From an uncultured Collinsella sp. (lineage in GTDB: Bacteria; Actinomycetota; Coriobacteriia; Coriobacteriales; Coriobacteriaceae), in NCBI GenBank assembly GCA_900546115.1, contig URBQ01000003.1, positions 22,415 through 86,414 on the forward strand: a stretch of 64,000 bases of DNA, read 5' to 3'. Every line of letters begins with the position of its first letter. Positions within the stretch are counted from its first letter, which is position 1. The notes under the pieces are model-generated. The model was not told the DNA's origin and made no database searches. It worked only from the letters and a program-made list of their open reading frames with translations. Positions 56,037 through 61,218 of this stretch are shown here, one piece after another. The position numbers were made by a program, and so were the translations under genes.

Positions 56037-56348
56037 GAGCCTAGCCGCTAGTCGCTTGGGTCGATCTTTGTGCATCCTCTGTTCTTATATCAACGGAAAC
56101 CGTGTGGAACCTTCTAAGGTCTTCATTCGTCGGATTCATTTTCATCAAATTATCTGGTGAGATTAAAGATATTGCAGCTGTGAATAACCTATTTACAGCT
56201 CTCTAGCTCTATGCTGCAATTTTATTGTCGTTACTCTTATGTGTCTCAAGCGATTTGACATGTGTTATCAAGTCATTTCTCGTTTTGGGGACGGAAGAAG
56301 TAGGGGGCATTTAGTCAACTTCGACTACGTTGGCAGTCGTCTACTGTG

Positions 56349-56774
56349 GACACTCAGCAGCTGCTGGCCAACTACAAGGACGTGCCCCATAACCTGATCT
56401 TGGCCATCGCGGAGGCCAACCGCACCCGCACGGACTTCGTGGCCGACGAGGTACTGCAGATGGTGTGGGACCGCGTGTACGGGGGCAAGCCGAAGCCGGT
56501 CGTGGGCGTCTACCGCCTGACGATGAAGTCCAACTCCGACAACTTCCGCGCGAGCTCCATCCAGGGCGTCATGAAGCGCGTGAAGGCCAAGGGCGTGCCC
56601 GTGGTGGTCTACGAGCCCACGCTGGACGACCCGGAGTTCTTCGGGTCCGAGGTGACCCACGACCTGGAGGCCTTCAAGGCCGGCTGCGACGTGATCGTGG
56701 CCAACCGCTGGAGCGACGAGCTCGCGGACGTGGCGGACAAGGTCTACACGAGGGACCTGTTTAAGAGGGACTAG
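56349..56774 (+). pseudogene. ugd: UDP-glucose 6-dehydrogenase, 3' fragment 1 (about the last 140 codons)
   Basis: [33 protein letters not shown]...[28 protein letters not shown]...[11 protein letters not shown] is colinear with the C-terminal third of Ugd as I recall it. There is no N-terminal or catalytic part upstream, and GC jumps at the left junction (~56346). Confidence 0.85.
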
Positions 56775-56828
56775 GGGAGAGTATTCCCAACTGCGATTTT
56801 AGCTTTATCTACAAGTCGCATTGTCAAG

Positions 56829-56867
56829 AAAGAGGTCATATCGGCTAACGCCGATATGACCTCTTTT
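56829..56867 (+). terminator. Strong intrinsic terminator after ugd fragment 1
   Basis: 15-17-bp stem agaggtcatatcggc / gccgatatgacctct with loop taac, followed by tttt. Confidence 0.75.
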
Positions 56868-57308
56868 GGTATAAGTCTGATTCCTTTTGCAGCTGGTGAG
56901 CGATGCGATGTATATAGCACGTTAAGCAATGAACACCATTTTCCCTGCTTTTAGCCTTGAACACCAAGAACGGGACATCGCCCGTGCTGCAATCGACTGC
57001 GTCGGGCTTCTTGATCCAGCCCGTCAGGCTTCCGACTTCGTGGCTCAGCCAATGCGTCAACTCCACGTGGGTCATCCCGGACATTTTGCAAGGCTCCATG
57101 CTTGCATTGGTGACGACGAGGTTTAAGTACATGGCGGAGCACGAGTGTGAAAGGAGGGGATATCCGGATATGTCGGAGCTGGAAGAGACTGATGAGCTGA
57201 ACAAGAATACGGAGCGTTAGATTGGTCCGCACGGATTGTTAGGCTAAGCTCGGATGTTGCCTTTGTTTATATTTGACGTCTTAACCTTCGATGTGAAAGA
57301 AGAGGTCT

Positions 57309-58175
57309 ATGCATCGTTTATCCTGCCGGTCTGTTCTCCCTATGATTCGCCTTGTCCGTGGTTTTAAAGAACAAAAATGGGCTAAGCAGTTTTTGCGTGG
57401 CGATATATACATGAATACCCTAGGGTATTTTTGGAATGAGGGAAACGTGGAGCAGCAGGACTTTCTTGAGGGGGCCTGCGCATCTTTTGACCCCCATATC
57501 ATGCGGGGCTTTCCTATAGATTTACTCGGTGTCCTTGCAAAAGAATCGTATCCAATACCGAGAGGCGCAGGCTACTGTAATGTGTGCTGCTTTTCGTGTG
57601 TCCTCATTAAGCAAGTAGATACGAGAATCGACTTAATTGAATTGCCCGATCCGGGCCTTGATCTTGGTTCATGGATTGTTGTTATTGACAATCCATGCGA
57701 ACTTATATCTAGGCTTAGGACAGCCGTTCTACAATTGGGTTATGACTTTGTAGCTGCTCCGGTTGAATATAGAGATAGCGTTCAGTTGAATCCCTCTAAA
57801 GTTGTTAAATCAACAATGGATTTAAAATCTCATGCTCCATTACCTGCTTATATGGTTTTTCCAAATGGGATTCCACATTTTAATGCAGGAGTGTTTGTAA
57901 AGAATGTTCGTTATGCAAACCAAGCTGAATGGCGTATCGCCGTTTATAGGAATGAACGGTCATATGAGCCTCTAATTCTTAAGCTTGGCGATTTGACTGA
58001 TATCGCTCATTTGGCTAGGAGAACGGAGCTTACTGATGATCTGCAACGGGTGCACGGTTGTTCAGTCCCCTATTTGACTAGAGGGTGCTTTGGAACGAAG
58101 ACTTCTCAAGAACTATCTCAGGATCTCTTTAAGTTAGGTAATGAGGAGCTTTTCATTACGCTGACGATTGGTTAG
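57309..58175 (+). CDS. Hypothetical protein, 288 aa (possibly DUF2971-like)
   Basis: Low-GC ORF with AGAGG before the ATG. The N-terminal pattern FLRGDIYMNTLGYFWNEG...DFLEG and the C-terminal FVKNVRYANQAEWRIAV recall DUF2971-type proteins, from memory only. Confidence 0.55.
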   Translation: MHRLSCRSVLPMIRLVRGFKEQKWAKQFLRGDIYMNTLGYFWNEGNVEQQDFLEGACASFDPHIMRGFPIDLLGVLAKESYPIPRGAGYCNVCCFSCVLIKQVDTRIDLIELPDPGLDLGSWIVVIDNPCELISRLRTAVLQLGYDFVAAPVEYRDSVQLNPSKVVKSTMDLKSHAPLPAYMVFPNGIPHFNAGVFVKNVRYANQAEWRIAVYRNERSYEPLILKLGDLTDIAHLARRTELTDDLQRVHGCSVPYLTRGCFGTKTSQELSQDLFKLGNEELFITLTIG

Positions 58176-58345
58176 CACTCAATTGACCAGGATAAAAAGA
58201 GATACTACTGCTGGCCGATCTTGGTGTTTGCATTCTATGCAATAGGTTTTTCGATTCCGGCAGAAGTGCTCCTTATGTTGTCACTCGAGAAAAGTCCAGG
58301 CAGATGGCTCTTAATCAACCCGGTTCGGATTTGTCGTAATTGGAG

Positions 58346-60391
58346 CTATTCAGACTCAGCATCACAGCCTGTATCACGCCTCTTTTCGATCAGCTTTTTA
58401 GCGAGCTCGAGGACGCTCTCGTCGTAATATGGCCAGTCTACGAAGTTTTCGAGGTACCCGCGCCCCGTTGCGGCCGACAACTCATCGTTTATCTTGAGTG
58501 TAATCGCGACGAGCAAGGTTAGCATGCGATAGTAATCGGATCGAATGTTCATCGCATCAGGGTCGGTGATCGGTGAATGCGCATGGTCGTATCTGTTCCT
58601 GAGACCCTGTGAGTTGGGGAAAGAGGCGTCGTTGAACATGTAATCGAGATATGCTGCCTCGTCGGGCGCGAACAGCTTGCCGCAGTACGACAGCATTTCG
58701 TCTGAGACAAGCCCATCGATGAGCGCTAAATCACCGTCTCCGCATCCCCCAAGCGCAATCGCGCCATTATCCCAAACGGCCTTCAGGCAAATTGATCGAG
58801 GGGTTGGGGAGAGAGCGCCTGTCTTTTCGCACACACTTACCAGTTGTCGGTCGACTAATTGTTGGAGTACCTCGGCGTATACATCATCATAATCGTCGAA
58901 GGTGACCATAGCATTCGAAATTAAATCGAAGAAGCAGCGAGCACGGTCGTTATGAACTCTTCTGAATGTCAGCATGCACTGGTCGGAGAACAGATAGAAT
59001 CCCCATCTGTTAAAGCAGGCTCCGTCGATTGCGTACTTTTTCTCAGAGAGCGCGTTGAGGGTTCCAAAAGATTTAAAGTTATCATAGGGGAAATAGTCTC
59101 CGTCGATTTTTCCAATCCTCGAATATATTGAATAGGACTTAACGGCGCGCTCAATCTCTGGCCCTATCGACTTGCATTTGTCGAGCCACGAAGCTCCGCT
59201 TGACGGCAGCGCCAAGCTGAAACCATTGATTGAGTACTCCTCTGCAAAATAAACGTTGTACGTCCATTCGAGTGCATCTTCGAGCCTTGTACCGCGGCTT
59301 TCGAGGAAATTCGCGTATGCGATAACTTCGACATTGGCGAGAGATTCCCAGGTGTTGGAGATCGTATTCATTCGGTATTCCCCCAGCACGTGGGGCCCCA
59401 GCGTCGCAAGCAGGCCGCTCTCCTCGTGGGGGTGAGCAGGCGAGGCCATGAGACCGCTTCGGTCTACTACGTCCAGTAGGTATCTGCAATTGTTCATGAT
59501 GCTTGCGTGATCGGTGTATTTACCGAGCCACGTTTCGCCAAAGCTATAGGTCAAAGTTAGGCCGTTGACCTTTATTCCTTTGCAAGCAATCTGTTCAGGG
59601 TCGATTTGTACACCGGCTCCGTACTCAAGTCCAGCGCCTTGTCGGAATAGCTCATCCATGGCCTTATCGTGGGCCTGCTTTGCGCGCACTTTGACGTCCG
59701 GCGACGGAGAGAATTTGCATTTTGTTGCGCCGGAAGGCCAATTGAAAAGGGCCTCCATATAATTCGGGTTAGCGCGCTGGTCGTCAAGGTAGCCTGCCAT
59801 TATCGAATCGAAGTCGCCCTGGGAAAAGCATTTGGGGAGGTAGATTGCGTTCTGGCTCCTTGATTCCGTCGCGTACTCGCGAATGAGCAGCTCAGCGGAA
59901 TAATAAGGGTTGTCAACTAGTGATTTTCTTATCTCTGCATCGAATAATTTGACGAGCTTGTCGTTCTCCAAGATAGGAGCTAGGCATTCGATTTGCCGCG
60001 AGAGAAGTTCGTCAATTTCCTCGCCGGAGATCATTTTCTCTGCGCCGCAGGCGTGCACCAGGCCCCAGAACTGAGTGGCGTACTGCATCTCGAGTTCCTC
60101 GTAAATACCAAGGATTCCCGAAGACGCGAGCGTCTCCCTCGTATACTTGCAAGCATTCGTGAAGAGCGCGGAAACAACGCTTGCAACATCGATGTCTTCT
60201 GCTTTCTCGAACAATTCAGGGACCGTTTCGAATGTGAGCTTGAGTTGATGTGCCTCTATTGCGTCGTTAATCGTTGCGATTTGATTGTGAGGCCCCTCCT
60301 TCAGGATATAAAGACAACGGTCTATGAAAAGTCCTACGGCCCAGTCACTGCGGTCATAGGAAACGATCCTAGTGTGGTTGAATTCTCGCAA
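58346..60391 (-). CDS. Hypothetical protein, 681 aa, with C-terminal RNxxxH (HEPN-like) motif
   Basis: Long uninterrupted low-GC ORF. TTG start lies 6 nt after GAAAGG; the first internal Met is near residue 100. RNRYDH is encoded at 58583-58600. No P-loop or other familiar motif. Confidence 0.6.
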   Translation of the reverse strand: MREFNHTRIVSYDRSDWAVGLFIDRCLYILKEGPHNQIATINDAIEAHQLKLTFETVPELFEKAEDIDVASVVSALFTNACKYTRETLASSGILGIYEELEMQYATQFWGLVHACGAEKMISGEEIDELLSRQIECLAPILENDKLVKLFDAEIRKSLVDNPYYSAELLIREYATESRSQNAIYLPKCFSQGDFDSIMAGYLDDQRANPNYMEALFNWPSGATKCKFSPSPDVKVRAKQAHDKAMDELFRQGAGLEYGAGVQIDPEQIACKGIKVNGLTLTYSFGETWLGKYTDHASIMNNCRYLLDVVDRSGLMASPAHPHEESGLLATLGPHVLGEYRMNTISNTWESLANVEVIAYANFLESRGTRLEDALEWTYNVYFAEEYSINGFSLALPSSGASWLDKCKSIGPEIERAVKSYSIYSRIGKIDGDYFPYDNFKSFGTLNALSEKKYAIDGACFNRWGFYLFSDQCMLTFRRVHNDRARCFFDLISNAMVTFDDYDDVYAEVLQQLVDRQLVSVCEKTGALSPTPRSICLKAVWDNGAIALGGCGDGDLALIDGLVSDEMLSYCGKLFAPDEAAYLDYMFNDASFPNSQGLRNRYDHAHSPITDPDAMNIRSDYYRMLTLLVAITLKINDELSAATGRGYLENFVDWPYYDESVLELAKKLIEKRRDTGCDAESE

Positions 60392-60635
60392 CGCTAACCT
60401 TTCTCGCGTAATGTCGACTGCACAAGAATAACGCGTGTTCGACCTCGTCGGTGGTCAACGAAGGCGCCTAACGGGGTTCCGATGTAAAGCGGGTGGACCT
60501 TGAGGCCTCTGCGGTACCCCGCTTCTTCCCTTATGATGCCAGATTCGGTGAGTACGCGTTGTTGGCCAAAGCGAGCCCTGTCGATAAGGTTGCTGCAATC
60601 AAAGGCCCCGAGGTGCACGTCAGCGTACACCACTA

Positions 60636-60885
60636 GAAGTCCAACTCCGACAACTTCCGCGCGAGCTCCATCCAGGGCGTCATGAAGCGCGTGAAGGCCA
60701 AGGGCGTGCCCGTGGTAGTCTACGAGCCCACGCTGGACGCGCCGGAGTTCTTCGGCTCCGAGGTCACGCACGACCTGGAGGCCTTCAAGTCCGGCTGCGA
60801 CGTTATCGTAGCCAACCGCTGGAGCGACGAGCTCGCGGACGTTGCGGACAAGGTGTACACGAGGGATCTGTTTAAGCGGGACTAG
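60636..60885 (+). pseudogene. ugd: UDP-glucose 6-dehydrogenase, 3' fragment 2 (about the last 83 codons)
   Basis: ...[82 protein letters not shown] is colinear with 56525-56774. Homology starts abruptly at 60636. Confidence 0.85.
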
Positions 60886-60940
60886 GGGAGCGGAACGGCC
60901 TGCGCTGGGCGGCCGCAGTCTAAATAAGAAACTTAGTTGA

Positions 60941-60984
60941 GTACGGGGTGTATCGACGCCAGTCGATACACCCCGTACTTTGTT
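60941..60984 (+). terminator. Strong intrinsic terminator after ugd fragment 2
   Basis: 17-bp stem gtacggggtgtatcgac / gtcgatacaccccgtac with loop gcca, followed by tttgtt. Confidence 0.7.
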
Positions 60985-61218
60985 AATCTCGCTAAATACA
61001 TTTACAGTCACTGCGGTCGCGAACTCAATGACATTTATCCCAGTGGGTGTATGAGAAGGTGTGGCGTGCGCCGCGGAACTGGATCGTTTTGCTATCGACA
61101 ATCGTGCTCTCACTAATGCGGCGTATGTCATATCATCAAGCTCACCGTGGCAGTTTGGTGCAGCCTTTACCCGAGGGCGTTCGGATTGCCAGAGAAAGCG
61201 GAGGAGCGTGCAACTTTG

